64,000 nucleotides of DNA from an uncultured Verrucomicrobiae bacterium (GCA_963726745.1 CAVSDR010000003.1:384001-448000); one strand, 5' to 3'; positions 21,315-35,425 are shown, counted from the first letter of the stretch. Program-made: numbers and translations. The notes: generated by a model from the letters alone, not told the origin.

Positions 21315-21570
21315 TCGTGCCCGGGCAACTCCGCCGGTCTCCTGTCTGCCTTCTTCAATGCGCGCGGAAGCTAACGGAGTCGCCTACGCGCAACCAACAC
21401 TTTCGACCTTCGAACCAGCTTCTCCTGCGGGCCAAAATTCCGTGCCCTTCCTCGCGGAAATCCAGGCGAAGACTGTGTCGGTCTGCGTATCTTCGAGACC
21501 TATCGCCGCGCCATTAGACAGCAAGACGACGGTCCGCATCCCCTCCGATCTTCGCGGGGAACCGCGCCGC

Positions 21571-22800
21571 ATGCCCACGGGCCAGGTCAGCCTGCGGCAT
21601 ACCTTTCGCGCGCTGCGGCACCGAAACTATCGGCTCTTCTTTTACGGGCAGCTGGTCTCGCTCATCGGCACCTGGATGCAGCAGACGGCGATGGCCTGGC
21701 TGGTCTACGATCTCACCGGCTCGAAATTCTTATTAGGCGCGATCACCGCGGTCGGCTCCGCGCCGATGATGATCTTTTCCCTTTGGGGCGGCGCATTGGC
21801 CGATCGTTACCCGAAACGGAACATCCTTCTGGTCACGCAGGTCTTCGAGATGGCTTTCGCGTTTCTCCTCGGTGTGCTCGTGCTCCTGCAACTCGCTTCG
21901 CCGACCACGATCATGCTCATCGCCGCGTGCAACGGCATCGCGCTTGGCTTTGAGATGCCGGCACGCCAGGCCTTCACCGTGGAGATGGCCAGCCGCGAGG
22001 ATTTGCTCAACGCCATCTCACTGAACAGTTCGATCTTTAACGGCGCGCGCATCGTCGGGCCGTCGATCGCCGGGTTGATCATCGCGAGCTTTGGGACGGC
22101 GGCTTGCTTCTTCATTAACGGGATCAGCTTTGTCGCGGTCATTGCCGGCTACCTGATGATGGAGGTCCCGCGGCAGGCGACCGCAAACGATGGTGAAGCC
22201 AGTCCGCCCTTGCTCAGCGGGATCCATTATGTGCTCAGCAATCGTCGGGTGCGCACGATCCTCTCGCTTTTCGCGGTCGTGGGCATCTTCGGCTGGTCCT
22301 ACGCGGTGCTCATGCCGGCCTTCGCGCGCGACGTCTTGCACCTCGGGCCAAACGGCTACGGCGTGCTCATGTCGGCCAGCGGCATCGGCGCGCTCATGGC
22401 GGCGCTGGGCGTGGCGACCTATGGCGATCGCTTTTCGCCCGCGCGCGATGGCGCTGGGCGGCGTCTGGATTTTCTCCGGCTCGGTCGTGGGTCTGGCCCT
22501 TACGAACAATTTCTGGGTATCCCTCGGGCTTCTCTTCATCAGTGGTCTCGGGATGCTGCTCTTCTTCTCCACGTCCAATACGGTGCTGCAGATGATTGTG
22601 CCCGACCACATGCGCGGGCGGGTCATGGGCGTTTGGTCGCTGATCTTTGGCGCGATGATCCCGCTCGGGAGCCTGCAGGCGGGAGCGGTCGCCGACTGGC
22701 TGGGCACGCAGTTCTCCCTCGCAGTCGGCGGAGTGGTTTGCGCGGTCGGCGCGCTCATCGCCCTCCTTGCGATTCGCCGACGCATCGCCGCCGAAGCGGC

Positions 22801-22804
<4 letters not shown>
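21571..22804 (+). CDS. MFS transporter (MFS_3/EntS-like); frameshift near 22440
   Basis: [39 protein letters not shown]. Confidence 0.88.
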
Positions 22805-25450
<2,646 letters not shown>

Positions 25451-25507
25451 GCGCAGGTCACAGTATGGGCAATCGCGCGCTGCCGTCGAATTGAACGTGC
25501 GCCCGGC

Positions 25508-28243
25508 TCAAAGAGTGAAGGCTTCCTCGATCAACTGCGCCTGCTCGCGCTTATGCCAGGCGAGCGCACCGACCGCCGGGCTGGCGCTGGCGTTGCGGCC
25601 GGCATAGGTGATTTCGCGGCCGAAGAGCTTCCGCAGGCGTGGCTCGATGAAGCTCCACGCGCCCATGTTTTGCGATTCCTCCTGGCACCAGACGAGCTTC
25701 GCCTGCGCCCCGAAGTTGCCGACTAATTTCTCCAGCTTCTCGGTGCAGAGCGGATAGAGCTGCTCCAGCCTAACGAGTGCTGTTTGCTCGAGCTTCTTCT
25801 CCGTCCGGTAGGCCAGCAGATCGTAGTAAACTTTCCCCGAGCACAGGATCACCCGCTCGGCCTGCGCGTGGCCCGGGCCGGCGAGGATTTCCTCGAACTG
25901 TCCGCCGGTGAAATCCTCCGTGCGCGAGGTGGCAAACTCCGCGCGCAGGAGACTCTTCGGCGTCATGATGATGAGCGGCTTCTTGAAGTCGCGCTTCATC
26001 TGCCGGCGGAGGACGTGGAAATACTGCGCCGGCGTGGTCAGGTTGCAGACCTGGATGTTCTCCTCCGCGCAAGCCTGGAGAAAGCGCTCGAGGCGCGCGC
26101 TGGAATGCTCCGGACCCTGGCCTTCGTAGCCGTGCGGCAGCAGCAGGACGATGCCGCTTGGGCGTTGCCACTTCGATTCCGCGGAGACGATGAACTGGTC
26201 GATGATCACCTGCGCGCCATTCGCGAAATCGCCGAACTGCGCTTCCCAAAGACAAAGCATCTTCTGGTAGTTGATCGAGTAGCCGTAATCGAAACCGAGG
26301 ACCGCGGCCTCCGAGAGCAGGCTGTTGTAGAGGCAAATGCGCGCCTGGTCCTCCGCAAGGTGAAGCAAAGGGATGTAGGGCTTGCCGGTCTTCGCCTCAT
26401 AGAGAACCGCGTGGCGATGGCTGAAGGTGCCGCGCCGGCTGTCCTGCCCGGAGAGCCGCACCGGCGTGCCCTCGACGAGTAACGAGCCAAAGGCCAACGC
26501 CTCGGCGAAGCCCCAGTCATACGGCCCGCCCTCCTCGTAAACTTTGCGCCGATGATCGAGCACGATGCGCTTGATCTTTGGCTGCACATTGAAGTCCTCC
26601 GGCACGCGCGTGAGCCCTTCGGCCAGCGTCCGGAGCAGCTCCGGGCTGATCGCGGTCGGCGGTGAATCGGTCGAATACTGCGGCTGAAAGATCGCGGTCG
26701 ATTCGTTGAACTGCTCCTTGCGATCGGCCGGCTTCGTTTCCTTCGCCTTCACCTCGTCGAAGGCCGCCTGCATCTTCTGCTCGAAGGCTTGCTCCAGCTG
26801 CGTGGCTTCCTCCTCGGTGAGCACGCCTTCCTCGATCAACTGCGCGCGGTAGAGCTTCGCAATCGAAGGCCGCTGGTCGATCTTCGCGTAGAGATCCGGC
26901 TGGGTAAACGATGGCTCGTCGCCTTCGTTGTGCCCGTAGCGCCGGTAGCAATACATGTCGATCACGATGTCGCGTCCGAATTCCTGGCGGAAGTCTAACG
27001 AGAGCTGAGTCACGAAGTGGACCGCGAGCGGGTCGTCGCCATTCACATGCAGGATCGGGACCTCGATCATCTTCGCGATGTCGGTGGCATACATCGAGGA
27101 ACGCGCATCCTCGGGCAAGGTGGTGAAGCCGATCTGGTTGTTCACCACCACGTGGACCGTGCCGCCGGTGCTGTAGCCGGGGAGCTGCGACATGTTGAGC
27201 GTTTCCATGACCACGCCCTGGCCGGCGAAAGCGGCGTCGCCGTGCACCAAAAGAGGCAGCACTTTCCGCCGATGCTCGGTGTCGCCGCGGATGCGCTGGC
27301 GGGCGCGCGCGGTGCCCTCGACCACCGGGTCGACCGCCTCGAGATGGCTCGGATTGGCCGCGAGGCGAATCTCCACCTCCGCGCCGCTCTCCAGTTTCCG
27401 CACCGTCTTATAGCCGAGGTGATACTTCACGTCGCCATCGCCCGCCACGAGGTCGGGCACGTAGTTGGTGCTGAACTCGGTGAAGATCACGCGGAAGGAC
27501 TTCTGCACGAAATTAGCCAGCACATTGAGCCGGCCGCGGTGCGCCATCCCCATGCAGATTTCCTCCACGCCACTGCGCGGGCAGTTCTGCAAAATCGTGT
27601 CGAGCACCACCATGAGTGACTCCGCGCCTTGCAGCGAAAAGCGCTTCTGCCCGACGTAGCGCGTATGGAGAAAGGTCTCGAACTGCTCCGACTCGAGGAG
27701 CGTGCGCAGCATCTGGATCTGCTGCTCGCGAGTCGCCGCGGACTTCGGCGGCCGCGACTCCAGGCGGTGGCGCACCCAGTTGCGGATGCGCGGATTCTGA
27801 ATGTGCTGGAACTCGGCGCCGATGGTGTCGGCGTAGATGTGCTCGAGGCGCGCGATCATTTCGCGCAGGCTCATCCGCTGGTTATCGAGGAAGAACTTCG
27901 AGGAAACCTGGAGATCGAGATCTTTCTCGCTGAAGCCGAGCTCGCGCAGGGTGAGCAGCGGATTCTCCGGGCGCTTCTCGGCCAGCGGATTCAGGCGCGC
28001 GATCGTGTGGCCGAGCGTGCGGTAGGCGTAGACCAGGCCATCCACGCGCGTCTGCAGCGGACCCTCGGCGACGTCGGTGGGCGCGAGCGCGGCGGCGCCA
28101 TTGCGCAGCGGCATTTCGCCTAGCTCAAATCCCTCGAAGAACGCGTTCCAGCCAGTGTCGACCGCGGAAGCGTCTTCCTGCCAGCGGCGGTAGTTCTCCT
28201 CGATCAGGTCAAGATTCAGATGGGTCGCAAACGAAGGACGCAT
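25508..28243 (-). CDS. sucA: 2-oxoglutarate dehydrogenase E1
   Basis: GMAHRGRLN, GDVKYH, NPSHLE, HGDAAFAGQG, PHGYEGQGPEHSS; likely ATG at 28243. Confidence 0.97.
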   Translation of the reverse strand: MRPSFATHLNLDLIEENYRRWQEDASAVDTGWNAFFEGFELGEMPLRNGAAALAPTDVAEGPLQTRVDGLVYAYRTLGHTIARLNPLAEKRPENPLLTLRELGFSEKDLDLQVSSKFFLDNQRMSLREMIARLEHIYADTIGAEFQHIQNPRIRNWVRHRLESRPPKSAATREQQIQMLRTLLESEQFETFLHTRYVGQKRFSLQGAESLMVVLDTILQNCPRSGVEEICMGMAHRGRLNVLANFVQKSFRVIFTEFSTNYVPDLVAGDGDVKYHLGYKTVRKLESGAEVEIRLAANPSHLEAVDPVVEGTARARQRIRGDTEHRRKVLPLLVHGDAAFAGQGVVMETLNMSQLPGYSTGGTVHVVVNNQIGFTTLPEDARSSMYATDIAKMIEVPILHVNGDDPLAVHFVTQLSLDFRQEFGRDIVIDMYCYRRYGHNEGDEPSFTQPDLYAKIDQRPSIAKLYRAQLIEEGVLTEEEATQLEQAFEQKMQAAFDEVKAKETKPADRKEQFNESTAIFQPQYSTDSPPTAISPELLRTLAEGLTRVPEDFNVQPKIKRIVLDHRRKVYEEGGPYDWGFAEALAFGSLLVEGTPVRLSGQDSRRGTFSHRHAVLYEAKTGKPYIPLLHLAEDQARICLYNSLLSEAAVLGFDYGYSINYQKMLCLWEAQFGDFANGAQVIIDQFIVSAESKWQRPSGIVLLLPHGYEGQGPEHSSARLERFLQACAEENIQVCNLTTPAQYFHVLRRQMKRDFKKPLIIMTPKSLLRAEFATSRTEDFTGGQFEEILAGPGHAQAERVILCSGKVYYDLLAYRTEKKLEQTALVRLEQLYPLCTEKLEKLVGNFGAQAKLVWCQEESQNMGAWSFIEPRLRKLFGREITYAGRNASASPAVGALAWHKREQAQLIEEAFTL

Positions 28244-28319
28244 GTCGTCGCAAATCTGCCGCCAATGCCGTCGCGGGCAAGTTGACAGTGGGAAAGCGGG
28301 CTCGTTACTTGCCTCGCTC

Positions 28320-29468
28320 ATGACCCGGGCAAATCCGTTTCTCCTTCTCGCCCTCGCGCTCGCGCTGCTTGCGAGCGCCCCGGTCGGCGCGCAAAACGAA
28401 CCGGCGACCGAGCCCGCCGTGCTCGCGCTCGGGAAGGTTTTGCCGGCGGTGGTCAACATCAACACCGAGCGCGTGGTCCGCCGGCGGGTGCGCGATCCCT
28501 TCGAGGATTTCGCGGCGCAATATTTCGGCAATTTCCGCTCTCGCCCGCGCGAGATTCGCCAGACCCTGCAAAGCCTGGGGACCGGCTTCATCGTCGATCC
28601 CGCGGGCTACATCGTGACCAACCAGCACGTGGTCGAGCGCGCGGCCGACCTCAAAATTGAAGTGACGCTGAACGACGGGCGCACGGTCCCGGCGCGCTTC
28701 ATCACCGGCGACGAGAAGAAGGATCTCGCCTTCATCAAGATCGAAAACCAGGAGCCGCTCCCGTTTATCGACTTGAACAATTTGTCGCCTAATTTGCTCG
28801 GCCAAACCGTGCTCGTCGTCGGCAACGCGCTCGGTTACACGAGCTCGGTCAGCCGCGGCGTGCTCAGCGGCATGAAGCGCGACATCACGATCGACGAGAC
28901 GGAATTCAAGAACCTGCTCCAGACCGACGCGGCGATTAATCCGGGCAACAGCGGTGGGCCATTGATCGACATCTCCGGCCGGCTCGTCGGGATCAGCTCG
29001 GCGAAAATGGCTTTCACCCCGCAAGGCATCCCTACGCAAGGCGTCGGCTTTGCCATTCCCGGTGAAACCGTGCGCGACACGGTGAAAGAATTCCTCAAGG
29101 TGGCGCAGAACCAACCGGCTCCGAAAAAGCCGGACGCGGCCGGAAATAGTCAGCAAGCTTCAACCGCGGAACGCCTCTTCGGGCTGCAGTTGCAAGACCT
29201 GACTCCAGCGCTCTCCGATGCGCTCGGCCTGGCGCCAAATCGCGGCGTGCTCGTGAGCGCGGTGGAACCGGAAAGCCCGGCGGCGGAAGCGGGAATCGCG
29301 CGCGGCCTCGTGATTTATCGCGTGGGCCGCTACGATGTCCGGAGCGCGGCGCAGATCGAGAAACTGCTCGCGCGCGCCACTTCCGGCACGACAATCACGT
29401 TGACCGTCGGCCTGCTGCGCAGCAGCGGCTCGCAGCGCGTGGAGACGGTCTCGCTCACGGCGCGTTGA
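28320..29468 (+). CDS. HtrA/DegP-like serine protease with one PDZ domain
   Basis: Signal peptide; catalytic triad TNQHVV, DLA, INPGNSGG; C-terminal PDZ (SPAAEAGI). Confidence 0.92.
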   Translation: MTRANPFLLLALALALLASAPVGAQNEPATEPAVLALGKVLPAVVNINTERVVRRRVRDPFEDFAAQYFGNFRSRPREIRQTLQSLGTGFIVDPAGYIVTNQHVVERAADLKIEVTLNDGRTVPARFITGDEKKDLAFIKIENQEPLPFIDLNNLSPNLLGQTVLVVGNALGYTSSVSRGVLSGMKRDITIDETEFKNLLQTDAAINPGNSGGPLIDISGRLVGISSAKMAFTPQGIPTQGVGFAIPGETVRDTVKEFLKVAQNQPAPKKPDAAGNSQQASTAERLFGLQLQDLTPALSDALGLAPNRGVLVSAVEPESPAAEAGIARGLVIYRVGRYDVRSAAQIEKLLARATSGTTITLTVGLLRSSGSQRVETVSLTAR

Positions 29469-29531
29469 GCGGGCGGGAATTTTTTCGCAACGTCCCGGCG
29501 CCTCGATTGTCTCAAAAATTTATCCGGCAAC

Positions 29532-30464
29532 ATGATCAAGGTCGAAAACCTCACCAAACGCTACGCGGGCCACACGGCGATCGACGATCTCTCGTTTGAG
29601 GTCGGGAAGGGCGAGATCATGGGCTTCCTCGGGCCGAATGGCGCGGGCAAAAGCACCACCATGCGCATTCTCTCGAGCTTCATGCCGCCGACTTCCGGGC
29701 GGGTGAGCATCGCCGGCTTCGACATCTTCGAGCAATCGCTCCAGGCCCGCGCGCATCTCGGTTACATGCCGGAAAATGTCCCGCTCTATAACGACATGCG
29801 CGTGACCGAATACCTGGATTACCGCGCGGCGCTCAAGGGCGTGCCGCATCGCCGGGTGAACGAGCGCGTAGGCGACGTAAAGGAACTTTGCGGACTCAAA
29901 GAAGTGGAGAAGAAGCTCATCGGCGCGCTCTCGAAAGGCTACCGGCAGCGCGTGGGTTTAGCCGACGCTTTGGTGCACGAGCCCGATCTCTTGATTCTCG
30001 ACGAACCGACCAGCGGCCTCGACCCGAACCAGATTCGCCAGGTGCGCGACCTGATCAAAAACCTCGGGAAACAGCACACGATTCTGCTTTCGACCCACAT
30101 CCTGCCGGAAGTGGAAATGACCTGCTCGCGCGTGATCATCATCAACCGGGGAAAGATCGAAGCGTGCGACACGCCAGAGAATTTGCTCGGTGAAATTCGC
30201 ACCGCCGGCGGCGTGACCTTGGAAGCAAAAGTGAGCGCCGCGGAAGGGGCCGAAGAATTGCGTAAAATCGCCGGCGTGCGCGACGTGACCCCATCCGCGA
30301 GCGAAGGCGAATGGCAGACCTTCGCCCTGCGCGTGGAATCCGGCGCGGACGTGCGCGAGGAAGTCTTTCGCCTCGCGGCCGACCGGCGCTGGAGCGTGCG
30401 CGAACTCTCGCAACGCCGCGCGACCCTGGAGGATGTCTTTGTCGAATTGACCCACGCGGAATGA
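29532..30464 (+). CDS. ABC transporter ATP-binding protein (GldA-like)
   Basis: GPNGAGKST, LSKGYRQRV, ILDEPT, STHILPEV. Confidence 0.93.
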   Translation: MIKVENLTKRYAGHTAIDDLSFEVGKGEIMGFLGPNGAGKSTTMRILSSFMPPTSGRVSIAGFDIFEQSLQARAHLGYMPENVPLYNDMRVTEYLDYRAALKGVPHRRVNERVGDVKELCGLKEVEKKLIGALSKGYRQRVGLADALVHEPDLLILDEPTSGLDPNQIRQVRDLIKNLGKQHTILLSTHILPEVEMTCSRVIIINRGKIEACDTPENLLGEIRTAGGVTLEAKVSAAEGAEELRKIAGVRDVTPSASEGEWQTFALRVESGADVREEVFRLAADRRWSVRELSQRRATLEDVFVELTHAE

Positions 30465-31216
30465 GAAAATTTTTCACCCTCTTCGGGCGCGAAGTGCGCA
30501 GCTATTTCTACTCGCCGATTGCCTACATCGTGCTGGTGTTCTTCCTCCTGCTCAGCGGGGTCGACTTCTACATCCAGCTCTCATTCATGAACGGCCGGCC
30601 GGTCCCCTACTCGGTCCAGGAAGCGTTCTTTAACTCGGTCTTCTTCTGGTTTGCCTTCGTGCTCACGTTTCCGCTGATCACGATGCGGCTCTTTTCCGAG
30701 GAGTTTAAGCTCGGCACGATCGAGCCGCTGATGACCGCGCCGGTGCGCGACTGGCAGGTGGTGCTCTCGAAGTTCTTCGGCGCGCTCTTCTTCTACATCG
30801 TTCTCTGGATCCCGACGCTGCTTTACTTTTGGATCTTCCAGCTGATCACGCATCAGCCGGCTGGGAACTCGTTAGGCGCTTATCTCGGCTCCTACCTGAT
30901 GCTGCTCCTGCTGGGGATGTTTTACATTTCCGTTGGCTGCCTGGCTTCGGTCTTAACGAAGAACCAGATCGTGGCCGCGATTATTTCCTTCTGCGCGATC
31001 ACGCTTCATTTCTTCTCCGGGTTGCTCTCGTTCATCCTCCAGGAAGTGAGCTCGAGTGCGCGACAATTACTCGGCTACTTCTCGGCGATCGAGCAGATGG
31101 GCACGCTCTCGCGCGGCGAGATCGATACGCGGCCGATGGTGCTCTACCTGAGCCTAACGATCGTGATGCTGGCGTTGACGCACTACGCCTTCCAGGCACG
31201 GAAATGGAGGCTCTAA
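30461..31216 (+). CDS. ABC-2 permease (GldF-like)
   Basis: YFYSPIAY, PLITMRLFSEE..GTIEPL.TAP, six TMs. Confidence 0.88.
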   Translation: MRKFFTLFGREVRSYFYSPIAYIVLVFFLLLSGVDFYIQLSFMNGRPVPYSVQEAFFNSVFFWFAFVLTFPLITMRLFSEEFKLGTIEPLMTAPVRDWQVVLSKFFGALFFYIVLWIPTLLYFWIFQLITHQPAGNSLGAYLGSYLMLLLLGMFYISVGCLASVLTKNQIVAAIISFCAITLHFFSGLLSFILQEVSSSARQLLGYFSAIEQMGTLSRGEIDTRPMVLYLSLTIVMLALTHYAFQARKWRL

Positions 31217-31219
31217 GCG

Positions 31220-32755
31220 ATGGCCACGGATACCAAAAAACCGCAGAGCATCCATCGCGTCCGCATCGGGTTGAACGTGCTCGCGCAGCTCGCGCTTATC
31301 CTTTTTCTCGCGCTCCTGGTGAACTACCTCGGCTTCGAGCATTACAAGCGCTGGGATCTTTCGCGCGACAAGAAATACGCGCTCTCCGACAAGACGAAGC
31401 GCTTCCTCGAAAGCGTGAAGGGAAAGATGCGCGTGACCGTTTTCTTCGGGCAAAACAACCCGATCGCGCAGGACGTGCAGGCGCTCCTGACGGAATACCA
31501 ATATGCCGGCAAAGGGAAGCTGGACGTGGAGAATATCGATCCCGAGCGCAACCTTTCGCGGGCCAAGGAAGCGTTCGAGAAATACAAGGTCGTGAGCGAC
31601 GAGAGCCTGCTCGTGATCGAATACGACGGCCGCAATAAGACGGTCAAAGCCTCGGAAATGGCCGAGATCGACCCGGGCAATCCGATGTTCGGCGAGTCTC
31701 CGAAAATCGCGATCTTCAAAGGCGAACAAGCGGTCACGAGCGCGATGATCGACCTGGTCGAGGGAAAGAAGAACGTGGTCGGCTACGTCACCGGGCACAA
31801 GGAACCGGTCCTGGCCGATGCGCCCTCACGGCTCACGCCCACGCTCCAGCCGGTCGCTGGGGAACGCAGCCAGATCTCGGTCCTGCGCACCTTCATCGAA
31901 AACGAAAACATCGAGGTCAAGGAATTGAACCTGGCCGACGTGCCGGCAATTCCTGAGGAGATGAAGACGATCATGATCGTCGGCCCGCAGTATGATTTCT
32001 CCGAGCGCGAGATGCAGCTCCTCCAAGGCTACTGGGAAAAGCAGGGACGCATCCTGCTTCTGCTCGACCCGGCCGCGAAGACGCCCCGGCTGGCGGATTT
32101 TGTCGGCCGCCTCGGCGCGCGCGTGGATGACGACCGCCTGATGGCCTTGATGAAAACTGGCATCCAGGAAGTCGCCCGGGTGCGCGATGTCATCGGCCGT
32201 TTCCTCCCCGGGAGCCCGATTACGAAACGGCTCGCGGAAGTGCAGGCGCCGTTTCTCGGAGGAACTTCCTCGCTGACCCTGGAACCGGCGCAACAGCTGC
32301 GCGCCCGCAACCTTCGCCTCACGCCATTGATCGAGGCAGCCAAAGGTTATTGGGGCGAGATGGATTACAACGCCACGGACGACGCGCTCCTGCAATTTAC
32401 CGAAGGCCGCGACAAGGATGCGCCGTTGCAATTCGGCGTCGCGATCGAGCAGGGCGGCAGCGCCGATGATCGGGTGCAGACCAATTCCGCGCGGTTGGTC
32501 GTGGTCGCGAACTCGACCTTCGTCCAGGATAACGCGCTTACCCAGGACCAGCAGGGCCTCGACTTTGTTTCCGGGAGCATTAATTGGCTGCTGAATCGCG
32601 AGCAGCTCATCGGGATCGCGCCAAAAGTGCCCACGACTTTGACTTTTAACCTCGACGAGAACGCGCTCCGGAATCTTCGCTGGGTCATCCTGGTGATCTT
32701 GCCGCTTGTGCCTGCGCTCCTGGGCGGGCTGGTCTGGTGGCAGCGGCGCGCCTAA
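31220..32755 (+). CDS. GldG-like ABC auxiliary protein
   Basis: N-terminal TM, RWDLS....YALS..T, GHKE, NWLL, C-terminal TM followed by RR. Confidence 0.85.
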   Translation: MATDTKKPQSIHRVRIGLNVLAQLALILFLALLVNYLGFEHYKRWDLSRDKKYALSDKTKRFLESVKGKMRVTVFFGQNNPIAQDVQALLTEYQYAGKGKLDVENIDPERNLSRAKEAFEKYKVVSDESLLVIEYDGRNKTVKASEMAEIDPGNPMFGESPKIAIFKGEQAVTSAMIDLVEGKKNVVGYVTGHKEPVLADAPSRLTPTLQPVAGERSQISVLRTFIENENIEVKELNLADVPAIPEEMKTIMIVGPQYDFSEREMQLLQGYWEKQGRILLLLDPAAKTPRLADFVGRLGARVDDDRLMALMKTGIQEVARVRDVIGRFLPGSPITKRLAEVQAPFLGGTSSLTLEPAQQLRARNLRLTPLIEAAKGYWGEMDYNATDDALLQFTEGRDKDAPLQFGVAIEQGGSADDRVQTNSARLVVVANSTFVQDNALTQDQQGLDFVSGSINWLLNREQLIGIAPKVPTTLTFNLDENALRNLRWVILVILPLVPALLGGLVWWQRRA

Positions 32756-32767
32756 CGAAGGCTACGC

Positions 32768-34623
32768 ATGAAAAGCAAAACCACGCTGCTGCTCCTCGTG
32801 GCCGCGATCGGCCTCGCGGTTTGGATCAAGTTTTACGAAAGCAAACGGCCGAACACCGAGGAAACCCAGCGCCGCGCTGGCACTGTCTTGAAATTCGAGC
32901 CCGATCAGCTGGAGGGCATCGTGATCCAAAATGGCGACGACAAGATCGAGCTGCGCAAGACCGACGGGAAATGGCGTGTGGAAGCGCCGATCAAGGACCA
33001 GGCCGATGCAAGTGCGGTCGGGACTTTAGTCAGCGACCTGGAGAGTTGGGAAAAATCCGAAACCATCACCGCCGCGGAGATCGAGGCGGATAAAACCCGC
33101 CTCGCCGAGTACCGATCTCGCAAAGCCAAAGCTGCGCCTGAAATTGCTCGGGAAGGAGATGCCGCCGGAAATCTTTTTCGGGAAGGACGCGGCACTCGAG
33201 AAACGAATGTATGTCCGTTTCGAGAACTCCCGCGAGACCTACCTGGTGCGGAATAACGTGCGCGATGACATCGCGAAAAAGCCGGAGGATTTTCGCGATC
33301 GCAAGCTTACCGAATGGAGCAGCGCCCAGGTGCAGCGCGTGATTCTGCAGACGCCCGCCGGCGAAATGGAGTTGACCAAGAATGCGGACGCTTGGGAGAT
33401 CGTGAAGCCACTCCGCGCCCGCGCCGATTCCCAGAAAGTGAACGACCTGCTCGCGCAGGTCACGAGCGCGCGGATCGAGCAATTTGTGGCCGACGACCGC
33501 GGCGATCTCCAGCGTTATGGACTCGCCGAGCCGCGGGGTGCGATCACGCTTTTTGAGGCCGGGAAGAAAGACGGGCAGCTGCTGCAGATCGGCGGCGCGG
33601 CCGAAAAAGAACAGGTCTACGTGCGCTTTGCCCCGCGCAGTTTCGTCTATGCGCTGCCGAAAAAAATCGAGGAGCTCCTCCAGATCACGCCGGCGGCGTT
33701 ACGCGATCGCCACCTTGCGCGCCTTGACCCAAATAATCTCGACCGCCTGACGATCGACGCGCCCGGACAGGGCAAAACCGTGCTCGCGCGGAAAGAGCAA
33801 AACTGGGTGATCGCGAACGCTAACAACCAGCCGGCAAATTCTGCCGAGGTCACGCGTTTACTCGAAACGCTCCGCAATCAGGAGGTCACGCGTTTCGTGG
33901 CCGACACCGCCTCCGACCTCGCGAAATACGGCCTCGATCGCCCACAGCGGACGATCACTTTCAGTTCCTTCGCTTCCGAAAACACCGCGGAGTCGCCCGC
34001 AGGCGAGCATCCTTTTGCCACGCTCTCGTTCGGGCGCGCGGAAAACGGCGAAGTCTTCGCGCGGGTCAACGAAGAGCCGTTCATTGTCGCGGTGCCGGAA
34101 GGGTTGCTTGCGCAGATTCCGGCGTCGCCGAGCGCGTGGCAGGAGCTGGCCATCTTCCACTTCAAGCCGGAAGAACTGCATCGCGTAAGCGTGATGAAAG
34201 ACCGGGAAGACCGTGCTTACCCGCGGGGCCGACGGGCAATGGACGGCGGCGACGGCGGGCGCAACGCTGCACTCGATGCACGTGGAATCGTTCGTCAATG
34301 CGCTGGCTAAATTGCGCGCAGTCCGGTGGCTTGCGGAGGCGCCGCCGGCGGAGGCTTTCGCCCAGCCGCAGCTCACGATCACTTTCACGACCACGCCGGA
34401 CGACAAAGCGCTGTCTAAATTAATCATCGGCGGACCAACGCCGAACGGAATGTGGTTCGCCCGCGTCGAGGGCCGCGAGGGGACTTTCGTGCTCAGCAAT
34501 CCGGACTACAACGCGCTGAATCTGCCGCTCCTGACCGCGCGACGGCCGCTGAGCCAAGCCCGAGCCGTCGCCGCTGCAGGCCCACGTTTTCGGCGTGATA
34601 GAGCGTGGCGATGCCGCCAGTGA
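32768..34623 (+). CDS. DUF4340-repeat protein; frameshifts near 33115 and 34212, 3' end uncertain
   Basis: Repeated W....P...AD...V..L / YGL..P units across ORFs 32768, 33144 and 34213; usual last gene of such operons. Confidence 0.75.
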
Positions 34624-35272
34624 GCGGTCGGGCACGCGCTTCGCGGAAGCCGTTCGCCTCGAGCAAGGCGACCATGGCCGCGCCGCTGGGGAATTTCTCA
34701 ATCGAGGCCCCGAGGTAATCGTAAGCCGCGCGCTCGCCGGTGACCGCACCCGCCACCAGCGGCAGGATGCGATGGAGGTAGGCGCGGTAGAGCGGCCGCA
34801 GCGGGCCGGCGGGCAGGGAAAAATCGAGCACCAGAAGATGCCCGCCAGGCGCGAGCACGCGCGCTATTTCCCGCAAGGCCGCGCCCCAATCGGCCATGTT
34901 CCGCAGGCCGAAGGCGACAGTGACGCAATCGAACATCTCGTCGGCAAAAGGGAGGGCAAGCGCATCCGCCACCACGGTGCGCGACAGGCCCTTGGCCCGC
35001 GCAACCGCGAGCATCTCCGGCGAGAAATCGGCGCCGGTGACCTCGGCCGCAGGCAGCGCTTTCTCCAACGCGAGCGCGAGATCGCCGCTGCCAGTGGCGA
35101 GGTCGAGAAGTCGGCGCGGGTGCCATTGCCCGACCTGTGCGACCGCGCGCCGGCGCCACCAAAAATCGATCCCGCCGCTGAGGAGATGGTTCGCGAGATC
35201 GTAGCGAGGCGCGATTGCATTGAACATCGCGCGCACTTTCTCGGGATCGCGCTCGGCACTGGCGGTAACCAT
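34493..35272 (-). CDS. ubiE: UbiE/MenG-family quinone C-methyltransferase (3' end uncertain)
   Basis: MFNAIAPRYDLAN, LDLATGSGD, FGLRN, YDYL..SI..FP. Confidence 0.88.
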   Translation of the reverse strand: MVTASAERDPEKVRAMFNAIAPRYDLANHLLSGGIDFWWRRRAVAQVGQWHPRRLLDLATGSGDLALALEKALPAAEVTGADFSPEMLAVARAKGLSRTVVADALALPFADEMFDCVTVAFGLRNMADWGAALREIARVLAPGGHLLVLDFSLPAGPLRPLYRAYLHRILPLVAGAVTGERAAYDYLGASIEKFPSGAAMVALLEANGFREARARPLTGGIATLYHAENVGLQRRRLGLGSAAVARSGAADSARCSPDC

Positions 35273-35425
35273 CGGCCGGCAGTCTAACACGCGGAGACGG
35301 CCGGTTTGGTGGAAATCGTCCTCGGGCAGAAGTGCGCGACGATTAATAGGGATAAACCTTGCATCCCGAGTTTGCCTTCTGGCGTAATTGCCTGCGCGCC
35401 GCGGATTTGGTAAGCAAAGCGCGCC

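Noticed and set aside
21383..21390. CCTACGCG matching the tRNA-Lys 3' region (4604-4611) as a possible att duplication
   Set aside because: Only 8 bp, also found near 465, and no integrase; consistent with chance.
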